NCBI GenBank assembly: GCA_964016885.1
Contig: OZ024740.1
Span: 123,008,001-123,072,000 of the forward strand
Origin: Eledone cirrhosa
Taxonomy: Eukaryota
Reading direction: 5' to 3'
DNA length: 64,000 nucleotides
A program made the position numbers and the translations under genes. The notes under the pieces are model-generated. The model was given only the letters and a program-made list of their open reading frames with translations. It was not told where the DNA came from and searched no databases. Shown piece after piece: positions 48,985-61,943 of the stretch. Each line of letters starts with the position of its first letter. Positions within the stretch are counted from its first letter, which is position 1.

Positions 48985-49715
48985 TACAGCCAGCTAAATA
49001 TTCACACCATAGCACGTCTTTGAGAAATCGTGGGAGTTTTGCCAAGAGGTGTATGCTTGTTTTGTAGATCTCGAAAAAGCATATGACTGTGTTCCATGGA
49101 ATCTGTTGTGGAAGGTTGTTCAGGAGTATGGGATTGATGGACAGCCTCTTGTAGCCCTGCTGTCTCTATATGAATACCTTAGTATTTGTGTTTGGTTAAA
49201 TAATGCTAAGTCGAAACCCTTATATTTAGGATTTGAACTCTGAAATGAAAATCAGTGCTGCTAAGACTGAGAAACTCATCCTCTCAAAGAACCATGCACA
49301 GTGCACGCTACATGTGGAGAAGTTCAAATATCATGGCGCTGTCTTCATGGTTGATGGAAGGCAGGGCGTTGAATTTAGTGCAAGAATTACAAGAGCTAAT
49401 GGAATAATGCACCAAGTTCAGCATTCAGTCATCATCAGAAGAGACCAGTGAGTTGCTCCAGGTAGAGCTGCTACATTCTGAATTGGTAGATCACAGCTCT
49501 GATATGATGGGTATGTTAGAATGTATCAGGAAAGAATTGCTGGACAGATTTTGTATGCAAAACCAAGCAGCAGTAGAGCCAGGGTATACCTTGAACATGA
49601 TGGATGGATAACCTTCATGAACTCAGTTAGTCTGTCTTGGAGATTCATCCAGATCAATTGGAAAATGTTAGCTTTGACAGGACATGCTGCAAAGTGAGCT
49701 TGAGAATTATTCTCC
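48985..49715 (+). pseudogene. Old, internally deleted RTE-type LINE fragment
   Basis: ACFVDLEKAYDCVPW..EYGIDG, KISAAKTE, EKFKY. A relative lies at ~58715-59250. Confidence 0.75.
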
Positions 49716-49994
49716 CTGGTTTTGTGAAAAATATCCTTATTTTTAATTATGTATATTTATTTAAATCCCTTCCTTCATAATTTTATACAAGAATATTTGC
49801 TAGCTTACATTCTAAACACCAACTTGATAATAAGAACGTTAGTTGTATAACTGAATTTGTCCAAATTCTTGTTTATTTTCAAAATTACTCGAAAATCATT
49901 GGTAGTGTCTTTCATTTGGAAAATGGTAACACAAGTGTTAATGTAGTTACAGCTACCCATAGTCCGAATTAAACTCCCAGACTGTATTGTCTGT

Positions 49995-50230
49995 ATACAA
50001 GGTCTGTTGAAAGCATATCCACCCTTGGGCTGGGAAACAATTATATAAAAACTTGATGGTGTTCAATTGCTAATACCTTTGAAGTAGGTTCCTTTTGCCT
50101 TCACACAGCTCAGAAATCCTTCAACTCTTTACAGCATGCCTGAAATACTTCAGCAGGAATGGCTCTCAGCTCTGATATTGTAGTCAATATGATGTCCACA
50201 TGTCTCTTAAAATAGAAGCCTTTCAGAATA
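49995..50230 (-). mobile_element. Probable Tc1/mariner 3' end fragment
   Basis: tatacaaggtctgttgaaag terminus; minus strand resembles a transposase C-terminus (..IPAEVF..CVKAKGTYF). Confidence 0.4.
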
Positions 50231-50269
50231 TTTTGTCCTGAATCATCTGAGTCCAGAAGTAAGACATAA

Positions 50270-50560
50270 TCAAGAAGGCATCTACATTACACCTTCTCTT
50301 GCTACTTTCTCATCTAAATTATTTTGCTTTCTTACACCATACTCTTGTTCCCTTCACCCACTCACTATAGTTCTTACATTCCACACTCATCTATTGATCG
50401 TCATTATTACACTGTCTTGAATGAATGGAAACACACAAGCGTGGTTGTGGATATTGTCAATGACTTGGTAGAGTTTAACAGGAAGCCACCCTTAAGTCTC
50501 CACACAAATATATCTCTCAAGATTGTTTCCCTTAACCTTGATATCCTTACTGCTCATAAG
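50270..50560. repeat. Dispersed repeat with an inverted relative at ~56520-56820
   Basis: ccacactcatctattgat..cactgtcttgaatgaatgga vs tccattcattcaagacagtg..atcaatagatgagtgtgg. Confidence 0.65.
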
Positions 50561-52910
50561 AGAGTAAGACTATTTGCACCTTAGTTTCAAGTCTGTTCAA
50601 ACAGAAGTGTGGAGTTTGAGTTTCCATCTCCTAGAATGAATGTTCTGACTAAAACTATGTATTCAACACACCCACTAGTCATCATGCACATTCAGTTTAC
50701 AACTGAATTATTTCTTTTGGCCTGTGCATCACAACGTATCAAAATATACTACAATGATTATTATATAGATTCAATAATAAGTGTTTGTTGGCTGCTTGAA
50801 AATGTCACGTGATTTGTATCACATGAACACATGCTTTGCATTTTTTCCTGTGTAACTCCTTATAAATAAGTATATCATTGGAGCTAGGCTAACATAGAGT
50901 GTTTGTGCTTACAATATAATTGTTGTATACATATATTAACACATTCATTTTCTCCTAGACATCATATTTGTAGTTCGGTATTACAAGTTCAATAAAATGC
51001 AATTATATTAACTCAGAATTCAATCATATATTATCAATTTGAATTACAACAGAATCTTTCTTTAATTTTATATAACTATAATCATTCACCAGTGTCAACA
51101 CTTTAATTTCATATTTTGATTTAGACAACTAAGTTGTAGTGCTGCTTTTGTCATCAAGAAGAGTTATTGTTATTCTATCAACATTCCTTAGTATTTTAAT
51201 AGTAGCAAATTCTCAACAAATGAGATTTGGCTTCTATAATTAGGAATACATTCTAGTAAGATGTAAGATTTTGAACTTATACCTGGGGAAGTAATAGGTG
51301 TCACTGTATAAACTTAACATGTATGTAAGATAAACTTATCAAAACATGAAAATCTCAAATTTTCCTCAGAGGCCATAAACATCAGCAACATTGTCAATAA
51401 TTTTAATCAGAAACATCATAGTACCCCAGGAAAATGTGTATTAAATAAAGGTCAGCAATAGTGATATCATAACACCTATTGGGAAATCATTATGTAACTT
51501 TCAGGTGTTCAGAGAGTTGAACTGAGAAGAGATGTCAGACAAGCACTGGGAAAAACTAAATCATGAATGCTGAAACTTATCACAAAATTTAATACTGTAA
51601 AGTAAAAGTAAATGATCCTCCATTGATTATGATGAGCGTTCCTGTTCATTAAATTAACAAGGCTGAGAACTTTACAGCCACACATTCCCATAAAATAGTT
51701 CTCAGGGTTATTCAGCACAAACAGTTTTACACAGCTAGTTCTTTGAACAAAAAGTACAATACATCTGACAAGTTTCCAAACAGCTTGCATCTATCCAATT
51801 TCACCTATAAGGCTATGGTAAAATATATTTGCCTTGGATACTATGCAGTAGGTAGAGCAATAAACGCTGATGAAGTATTTAGAATTATATTCACTGATAA
51901 ACTTGATGTTGTTTAGCACAATGCCAGGTTGTTTGAGCAAGACCTCTCAAATGCTTCTCAATTAAGAGAACATCTAGGAAAAAACTTAGAAAATACAAAT
52001 AGAATGTATCTGCAATTGAGAAGTCCACTCCTCTATCCCAACAGCTACCACCAGTTTAACTGAGAATTATATCAATGTTTTATACCAAGTCTCTGCCATT
52101 TACATTTTAAGTCATCTCCTTTGATATCAAATCATTTAAAACCATTCCAAGTTCTATAATACAACATTTTTATTTTAAATGTTTATATTTACATAAAAAT
52201 AATCTATCATCTTTTTATGCAAAGACTTTATACTACAAGCACTCAATAATGGAGAATTAAGTTATATTACTTTTTTTCTTCTTTCTTAATTCCATAATTC
52301 CTGATGGAGTTGTAGCGACACCATATTTGAATTTGGTGTTTCTTGGGCATTTTAATGCCTGGTGGAGCGAATCCCTTACCAGGTCTGAACACAGCAGAAT
52401 TTTTCCAGAGAAGGATGGAAAAGAAGATATATAGAGGAAGAATCAACCCCAGTACTTGACTGGTACTCTGTTTATTGACCCCCAAAGGATGAAAGGCAAA
52501 GTTGGCCTCAGTGGGATTTGAGCTCAGAGAACAGAGAGCCAAAAACGAATTCTGAAAAGCACTATCTGGCTTTCTCAAGTAGCTGTACGTCTTATGCAGT
52601 GCAAACATATGGTATATCTATCCTAAACACTAGAGTTGTGTGTGTGTTTTGGAGGCTGTGTGTGTCTGTGTAAATGTGTAGTGGAAGAGATGTGAAATAT
52701 TTGCATCAATATATTATGACTCATGTCTACATTACTCAATGTATCACAAATGTAAAACCAATTTTGATCATTTAGTGATGTAATTGTCACAAATCTAAAA
52801 GATGACTGGCTGTCATAGGTTTGTATATATATATATATATATATATCATCATCAATCATCATCTTCATTTAACGTGCATCTTCCATGCTAGCATATACAT
52901 ATATATATAT

Positions 52911-53174
52911 ATAGTTATGTAATAAACAACATAAGGCAATTATTCCATTTACCAGTGGTTTCTTAAAAGCAAAAAAGTTTGCTTTCAATCCTCAGAATGA
53001 AAAAATCCTGGTCTGTTTATTGAATTTGGATTTTAAAAACCTAGGTTTTTAAAATCCAAATTCAATAAACAGACTAGGATTTTTTCATTCTGAGGATTGA
53101 AAGCAAACTTTTTTGCTTTTAAGAAACCACTGGTAAATGGAATAATTGCCTTATGTTGTTTATTACATAACTAT
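52911..53174. repeat. 264-bp spacerless palindrome (1 mismatch) centred on cctagg
   Basis: Arms 52911-53042 and 53043-53174 are directly reverse-complementary. Confidence 0.95.
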
Positions 53175-53254
53175 TAAGCTCTGTTACCTACATAGAGCAC
53201 TCTTTTTTCCTGGACTTTTCCGACGGAATTACTTCATTCACACATATATATATA

Positions 53255-56067
53255 AAGTAATCTCAGTGTACAGGGTAAATGCAAGAATCATTAAACTCAG
53301 ACTAGTCCTGAATAAGACAATTACCACAATAATATCAGCTTACGCACCCCAATCGGGGCTGCCAGACGAACTTAAGGATAGGTTTTACGAGTCCCTAATA
53401 CACACTACTGCTCTAAGAGACGACAAGGACTTCCTAATCATCGCAGGAGATTTTAACGGACACGTAGGTAAACACTGCGACGGCTTCAATAGAGTACATG
53501 GAGGCCATGGAGTTGGCACAAGGAATGAGGAAGGATTCAGACTTCTAGAATTCTACGACACCAATGACATGTCGATATGTAACACAAACTTTAAAAAACC
53601 CGACAACCACCTGATCACCTATAGATCAGGGGAGCACTCTAGTCAGTTAGATTTTATCCTCATCAGAGGACGTGACAGATGGACGGTCGTGAACACAAAA
53701 GCCTTCCCTAGTGAGGAATGTACATCCCAACATAGCTTAGTTGTCAGCGACCTCACAGTCAGAACTAGACGAACCCGGAAACAGAGGCCAACCTGGAGAA
53801 GAAAGATCTGGAAGCTGAAAGTCCCCTCAACCAGTAACAGATTTAAATGTATTTTACTCAACGCCTACGACAGTAAAGAAGAACAGATAGAGACATTTAA
53901 CGTAGAAGAGAACTGGGAGTTCCTAAAAAATAATTTACTAGAGGCGACGGATGAGGTCTGTGGCTGGAGTAAGACCTCAAGCAGGAGGAGAGTGACTTGG
54001 TGGTGGAACAATAAGGTAGATGAAGCAGTTAAGGCCAAGAGACAAGCATGGAAAGAATGGAAGAACGGGGGGAGCAGGGTACATTACATAGAGACCAAGA
54101 GGGAAGCTAGGCGACAAGTATACTTAGCTAGGAGGGAAGCAGAGGATAGAAAATTCAAGCATGTTTTACAACGTGAGGACCAGAAACAGGAGGTATTCAA
54201 GATTGCGAGGCAGTGTGTCAGAGATAGTTGCGATGTCATTGGAGAGAAGTGTATCCGGAATGATAAAGGTGAGCTTGCCCTCACAAGTGCTGAGAAGAAA
54301 GATGCATGGAAGAATCATTATGATAGATTACTAAATGAGGAGAATGCATGGGAAGAAGAGACCCTAACCCAAGTAGACCCTATAGAGGGACCAGCAGTAC
54401 AAGTCAGCAGCAGCGTAGTAAGTAAGGCAATCAAAGATATGAAGATGGGGAAGGCAACCAGTCCATCGGGTATAGCTGCCGAGATGCTGAAGGCATCTGG
54501 GTCTGTAGGTCACACTATAACCACACGTATCGTTAACCAGGTAATACTAGAAGGGGCCATACCAAAAGATTGGTGCAGTAGCATCATTGTCAACTGCTAC
54601 AAAGGTAAAGGCGATGCACTAGATAGAGGAAACTATAGAGGTATAAAGTTGATGGACCAGGTCATGAAAGTAACAGAAAGAGTTATAGCACAGCTGATTA
54701 GGGACCGGGTGAATATAGACGAGATGCAATTTGGGTTTGTACCAGGAAGAGGCACCACTGATGCCCTCTTCCTTGTGAGGCAATTACAGGAAAAGTACCT
54801 AGCTAAAAGTAAGCCACTCTACTTGGCATTTGTCGACCTTGAGAAAGCCTTTGACAGAGTTCCACGTGCTGTAATCTGGTGGGCTCTTAGAAAACGAGGA
54901 GTAGATGAATGGCTTGTGAAAGCGGTACAAGCCATGTATAGGGGAGCAGTCAGCAAAGTTAGGATTAGCAATGAGTATAGCGAGGAATTTAGCGTACAGG
55001 TTGGGGTCCACCAGGGCTCTGTTCTTAGCCCTCTCCTGTTCATCATAGTCCTGCAGGCAATAACGGAGGAGTTTAAGACCGGATGCCCATGGGAATTCCT
55101 GTATGCTGATGACCTCGCACTCATAGCTGAATCTATGGTAGAACTAGAGAATAAATTCCAAACCTGGAAGCAGGGACTAGAGAGAAAGGGTCTCAAAGTC
55201 AACATGATAAAGACTAAGGTCCTTGTAAGTAGACGAGAAAACAGAACCCAGATCCCCTCAGGGAAATGGCCTTGCTCAGTATGTAGGAAAGGTGTAGGTA
55301 GGAACTCCATTCTCTGCCCCAAATGCAAACAATGGGTACACAAGAGATGTAGCGGGATCTCAGGAAGCTTAATTAAGAATGTAGGATTCACATGCAGCAG
55401 CTGTGCTGAAACAGCAAGCAGCAAACAGCCACAGGAAACAAGTACCACCAATCTCTGGGAGGGCCCTGTAGAAACAGTAGACAGCTTCTGCTACCTAGGT
55501 GACCGAATTAGCAACGGAGGTGGGTGTTCAGAAAGTACAATAATTAGGGTAAGAACGGGATGGAAGAAGTTTAGGGAACTACTACCACTGCTAGCTGCAA
55601 AAGGCTTCTCCCTCAGAATGAAAGGCAGACTGTATGATGCATGTATCCGAACAGCGATGTTGCATGGTAGTGAGACCTGGGCGCTGAAGGTGGAAGACTT
55701 ACGTAGATTAGAGAGAAACGAAGCCTGCATGCTCCGATGGATGTGTAACAGTAATATACGTGAACGACAAAGCATAAATGAATTGAGAGAGAGACTGAGC
55801 ATAAGAGGAATCAAATGCTGTGTGCAGGAGAGGCGGTTGCGTTGGTATGGACGTGTGATGCGTATGAAGGATGACAGCTGCATAAAAAGGTGCAGCGCAC
55901 TAGAAGTTGATGGAAACCGCGGAGTGGGGAGACCCAAGATGAGCTGGGATGAGGTGATAAAAGCCGACCTTACCCAATTACACCTCTCAAAGACAATGAC
56001 ACACGACCGTGACTTCTGGCGTCACGCAGTAATACAGAGTACCCGACCTCCCATGGGTACATGCTGA
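53255..56067 (+). CDS. Divergent RTE subfamily ORF, 5'-truncated within APE, open to stop
   Basis: SAYAPQ, GDFNGHVG, FVDLEKAFD, GVHQGS, LYADD, PHD-like insert, YLG. The track's upstream 53146 start is not element sequence. Confidence 0.92.
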
Positions 56068-56371
56068 AGCATATAAACAATATGCCCCCATACCCCCCAC
56101 CGCAAGGTGGTTGTGGAGGTGCCACGGCAAAAAAGCACCCAGCCCACACTGTAAAGTGGACGTGTAGGCGCCACGAAAAAGCACCAAGCACTCACTGTAA
56201 ATGAGGTTGGTGTTAGGAAGGGCATCCAGCTGTAGAAATCAAGCCAGATCAGTTCCTGTATGAGCAAGGCATGGTCAGGCGACCAGACACTGCACACAAC
56301 AGGACAACCCGTCTAATCCATGCTAGCGTGGAAGAACGGACGTAAAATGGTGATGATGATGATGATGATGA
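56068..56371 (+). mobile_element. RTE 3' UTR and (GAT)n tail
   Basis: ggtgttaggaagggcatccagctgtagaaa; (gat)n followed by (TA). Confidence 0.9.
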
Positions 56372-57894
56372 TATATAGTTTCTTGACATATTTTATAGAA
56401 GACTCACTGTCCTTGAATAGTATATATGAAGATCATTTCTCTCGGTCAATTCAGGACACATGAAGGACGAATAGATTGACAATATCTTGGAGTTGCTAAC
56501 CACAGCTGGATATTGTTAACTTACTGTTGGGTAGGAAAACAATCTGACTATAAATAGGTGTAGTTTCTCTTGCATTTAATAAAAATTCCAGTAAACAATT
56601 CAGAGTGTACTAGGTGTATTTCTTTGTAGCTTGAACACTAGTGAAGTTGCCTTGGGTCCCAAAATTATGGTGTCTCCATTCATTCAAGACAGTGAAACAA
56701 TGACAATCAATAGATGAGTGTGGATTGTGAAAATTATGGTGAGTAGCGGAAGTGAACAAAACTATGGTGAAAGAAAGCAAAACAATTTAGATGAGAGAGT
56801 AATAGAAGGTGTAATGTAGATATATATGTATACGCATATGTGTTACTGTCAACATTTGCCCATGTAAATTGATAAAACATGTACATAAATAAGAGAAACA
56901 GGTGTTTTCAAACAAAACTCCTTTTTCGTAGTTCTGACCAAGATACATATACACTCCCTTGTCATACTCTCCATGCAAATGCAGCAAATCAGTAGTTGAC
57001 TTGTTTTAATTTGTATTTAACAATGCTCACAAATTGTGATATATAATAATTCATAAATGAAAGAATGTTAGGTCTATATCTTTACCATAGCTATGTCACT
57101 TATTAACCCTTTTGATACCAAACTGCCTGAAACCACACCATCTGGTACTATGGTACAAAGCTGTATATTTTGAAATGTTTATATCCAACTAAAATCTTTC
57201 CGTCATAGTCCATGGGAAGAAATTTTAAGATATGCTTCAAACACTGACTTAATAATGAGAAATTTACTTATATTACAAAATCTCTCCCTATTTCATCTTT
57301 CAGAAATTTCATAATTCAAAACCCTTACACCTATCTGCTAAACATGAATCTTATGCAGGATATATAAAACAAAATATGAAAGAAAGAAATCATTGCCTTC
57401 ACCATCATCATCATTACTAACATTATTTTACTTCATATTACAGCAAAACGATATAAGTATGTTGAGGCTAGTAATTTACACACTCACATTTTCTTTCATA
57501 AAATTCTCAGCTTTTGTCAGGCAGCTTTAAGACAACGATATTTTGCTGACATTGCTTTTGAAGTATGCATACTGCATTTTTGATATTCACTTTGTCAGTG
57601 AATATTTGTAATATAACTATTCTGTAGATATTTATTGTCATGTAGAAACGTTAGCTTTTAACTTTCTTGTTAATCATGCTGTCATCCATCAACGTTGGCA
57701 TTGTAAATATTTTTGTAATAACAGTTCATTCCCCATCATGACAATCATCTACACATCTATGAATTTAATGAATCCAGGCTATATAACATCATCAACTGTG
57801 ACATTTTATGAATTGGTGTACATACACAGCTGAAAAGATGTCCTTAATTTCTTAGTTTTTGCCATCATAACCTTCCTAGTTGATAATAATAATA

Positions 57895-58270
57895 ATTGAC
57901 ACGAGAGTGCAGGAAAAGGAGAGGGAGAAAATTAACCGATACCAGGATTTAAAGTGGGAGTTAAAAAGGATTTGGAACTGCCATGAAATCAAGGTCGTCC
58001 CGATTGTCATCGGCGCACTAGGTCCTATCTCAAAGAAGATTAGTCCAGCCACGCTTTTTGGAACATTTCAAAAGGCATGCTTGCTGGGAACAGCAAGAAC
58101 CCTCCGATAAGTCCTGAATATCTGAGGCTGCAGCTAACGGCTTGATATTCATTTCAACAAACTTTCCAGTTAAATAACATCAATGACCGAGACTCAAAGA
58201 ATAATAATAATAATAATAAAAATAAAAATAAAAATAAAAATAAAAATAAAAATAAAAATAATAATAATAA
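57895..58270 (+). pseudogene. 3' fragment of an R4/Dong-like non-LTR element (RLE endonuclease C-terminus) with (TAA)/(TAAAAA) tail
   Basis: KEREKINRYQDLKWELKRIW..VVPIVIGALG..QKACLLGTARTLR. Older relatives at 58480-58640(+) and 59300-59570(-). Confidence 0.8.
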
Positions 58271-61200
58271 TTAAATGACATCAATGACTCAAAGAACAAT
58301 AATAATGAGTTCTTTATTGGCCACAAGGGCAGACATCAAGAAAAACATTACAGACAACACAGGACGGTACGATGTGGGTTTTGTGCGTGTAAATATTTTT
58401 ATTATTTATATAAGAAAAAAAAAGAAAAAGGACATAGAAACATATATATAAACAATAAAATAATAATAATACCAGTTGTGATTGGAGCATTAGGGTCAAT
58501 CCCATTGAAACTGCAAGACTTCTTAAAGTGGTTGGGAATACATGCATGATTGGTTTCATACAAAAACCAGTCTCGCTAGACACTGCACACATTTTAAGGA
58601 AAGTAGTATGTCCCTGAGGTCATTGTTGTGAGTTGACATATGACTAAATACTCAGTGCTGCATAGACTAAAACACTCATCATCTAATGAAAGCCTGTGCA
58701 ATGCACTATACATGTGAATGGACTTTCCCTGATGAAGGTGGATAAGTTCATGTATCTTAGGGCCATGTTCATAAGTGATGGAAAGTAGGAGGCTGAAATA
58801 AAAGCAAGAATTGCAGGATCTGGTGCACTAATGCACTAGCTTCAGCATTCAGTCATCAGAAAAAAGGAGGGAGGTGTAAAATCCAAACTTGCTATCTTCA
58901 ACTTTGTATTTGTGCCAACCTTTGCCTATGATTACGAGCTTTGGATAAAACTAACAGAATACAACAGCAAATATAAGTGAACAAAATGGGGTAACATTAC
59001 TCAATATAATGTGCTGCTCGGAGATAAGAGAGTCCCTCCAGGTAGACCCACTATTTCTCCAAATTGAGAAATCATAGTTCTGATACTATAGACATGTGAT
59101 TAGAATAGCTCAAGAAAGAATCACTGGATAGATTTTACAGGCAAACCAGCTGGCAGGACCCAGGGGTATACCCTGTACAAGTTGGTTGGATAACATCCAT
59201 GAGCTTGGCAGGTTTTGCTTGAGTATACAACCAAATCAATTAAGTGGACCTGCTAGAAGACATGCTTTCCAGGAATAAGTGGTAGAAGAGGAGGAAGAAG
59301 AAGAGCATTGTAATTATTTTTGTTGTCTGTCTGTAATATAACAGTGATTTGTACACTAGAAGCTACATCTACTATTCCCAATCTCTCAAAAGATCTAAAA
59401 GGTTTCTCATTGACTGTGCCCAGTGTCCCTATTACTACTGGAATGGCTTGTGTGGCAACCTGATTAATTGTTCTGATTAGCAATGACATGTCTCTATATT
59501 TAATCACTTTTTCCCATTGCTTTTTTGCCACATTGAATTTGCAAAGTACTACAAAGTCAATTATTATTAGTAGTAGTAGTCAATGGTGGTGGACTTGTAG
59601 TATTGGTTGAATGTCAGACAATATGCTTTGCGGAATATAGTTATATCAGTTGACATACTGATTTCAATACCTGCCAATGTCAGCTTTGCCTTTTATCCTT
59701 ATGCAGTCTACATAACAAAATACCAGTAATATACTGGAGTAAATTTAATGAAGTTTCCTCTCACTGAACATTTTTAGCCTTGTGCATAAAACAGAAACTA
59801 TTTCTGGTTTTATTTTTATTGCATGTTTGGTCTTATTTTTTTACATTACTGAGCAAATTTCTGAGTGCTTTGGGTGTGCTGTTTAATTTCTATTGTATTG
59901 GAAGTAGTCTTCATAATATGCATACAGTGTCTAGTACTGTTATTTTCTGTCATCATCATCATCACCGTTTAACCTCTGTTTTTCCACACTTACAAGGGTT
60001 AGACGGGTTGTCACATTATGTAACAGCCCAGGTAGATAACCATGTCTTGCTCCTATAGATCTTTATCTTGATTTGGCTTGTATGCCTGGATGTCCTTTCC
60101 TAACACCAATCACTTTACAATATGGACTGCATGCTTTTAATTGTGGCATCAAAACAACCATCTTACAGGGTGGACAGTGTGTTTATTTTATTACCAACAT
60201 GACCTTTTTACATGATGAACTGGGAGCTTTGTTGTTGTGGCCCCAGATCACCATACAGGATGGATTGTCATTATCCTGTATGTGTGGTTTGTAGTGAAGG
60301 TTGGGGAAGAACAAATAGGCACATTTGATATGAGTAAAGTGTGAGGGTTATTTAGCTGGTAAGGGGGGTAAAGAAGATTGGTATAGATTAGTGTTTTCCA
60401 TGTTTGTTTCATCCCGTGAACATGGGAAGGTAGGTTGTCTGCAGTACAGCATAATGCCAGTGATCTCAATTTTATGCTACCACCTGTATGTAGTTTAATT
60501 TGGCATGGTCAGCTTTTATCACTTCCTTCCAAGCTCTCATAGGTTATCCTCTTCCATTATTTTCCTCAAATTTGAATGCCCTACATATTCTTTCATTTTT
60601 CCCTGACATACTGCCTCGCAATCCTGAACACTTTGTGTTTTTGGTCTTCATGTTGCAAAACATACTTTTTTTTTTTTTTTCTTCCCTTCTTACAAAATAT
60701 ACTTGTCACCTAGCTTCCTGGTAGTGTTCTCTGTTTACCCAATTCTGCTATTCATTCCATGGCTGCCTCTTGGTCTTAATTGTTTCTCCTCTCAAGTAAC
60801 ACTCCTTCTCCCCGAAATCCTGCTTCAACCACAGATCTCGCTTATCACCTCCAACAAAATTTCTTTCAGGAATTCCCACTACTCATCTATATTTATTTGT
60901 TCTCCCTTATATTTAGGTAGTTTCTCCATTTTCTTGATAGGTATATTGTCATCTGTGTAGATTGATACATCAATGAGAAGACCTTTTGTTTCTAATTATT
61001 ATGCCCTTTCTTTTCCTTCTTCCAAATCATCTCTTTCATTGTCATCATTTCTTTCATACTCCTTATCATGTTTTCCTAGTTGAGATTAGTTTCCTTTAAT
61101 CAAAAACCCCTCTATTATCATTCACCATTTGTGTACTTAACCTCTGAGTTTTTGATTATGTACATTATTTTATTTCTATCATCCCCTGCATGTCTTATCA

Positions 61201-61943
61201 ATCTTATTTTTACAATTCTTTTCCATATTGATTACAAAAGTATGATCCTTTGTTTCTTTTTCATTAGAAACTCATAAAGATAAATAATAAGTAGTTTTTA
61301 TTCACATTGTTTTGCCTTATCAAGAAATATATTAAATAAATGTCCAGGCAGACATTCATAAACTTAACAGTAAGAACGAATTCAGGAACAAAGGAAATTC
61401 ACTCTTGATTTTCTATGCAACTTAACCAATGTAATTGTGTGTTTTCCCCGCTACAAACCTGTTTTTGTTTTGTTTTATATAGTAGCATGGCCAATTAATT
61501 AAACTTGAGTAAATAAATGTTACTTATTTTAAATATCTGCTAGGGGTGGCAACTGGTAGATATTATCAGCGATGGAAAAACCGATGGAAATTTTTTTTTT
61601 GGGGTCTGATTTAAAGATTTCCTGTCAGTAGTTGAATGAGGTCAGAGATCCTGTTGATCGATTTTCCACTAAATATTTTACATAACCAAAATGGCTGAAA
61701 AACACCAAACTAAAAAGAGCGTATCTGTACAGCTACTTGATCTGCTAGAATTTGCAGAAGAAATAAAACGGCAACAACAAAGACGACTGGTATATATTTT
61801 ATCATAGGTCTGTTCAAATGAAAGTTTGACTGGAGCAAAGCAGAATGCTAGATGACATACAGTATTTGACATAGAAAGTTATAGAACTAAAAATGGTAAG
61901 GTGTGGAAGGCTGCTGAACTATCAGGGATAATTATTAAGATGT

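Noticed and set aside
51509-51790. ORF in unique-looking DNA (also 61678-61872)
   Set aside because: No recognisable domain and no consistent splice-bounded open frame.
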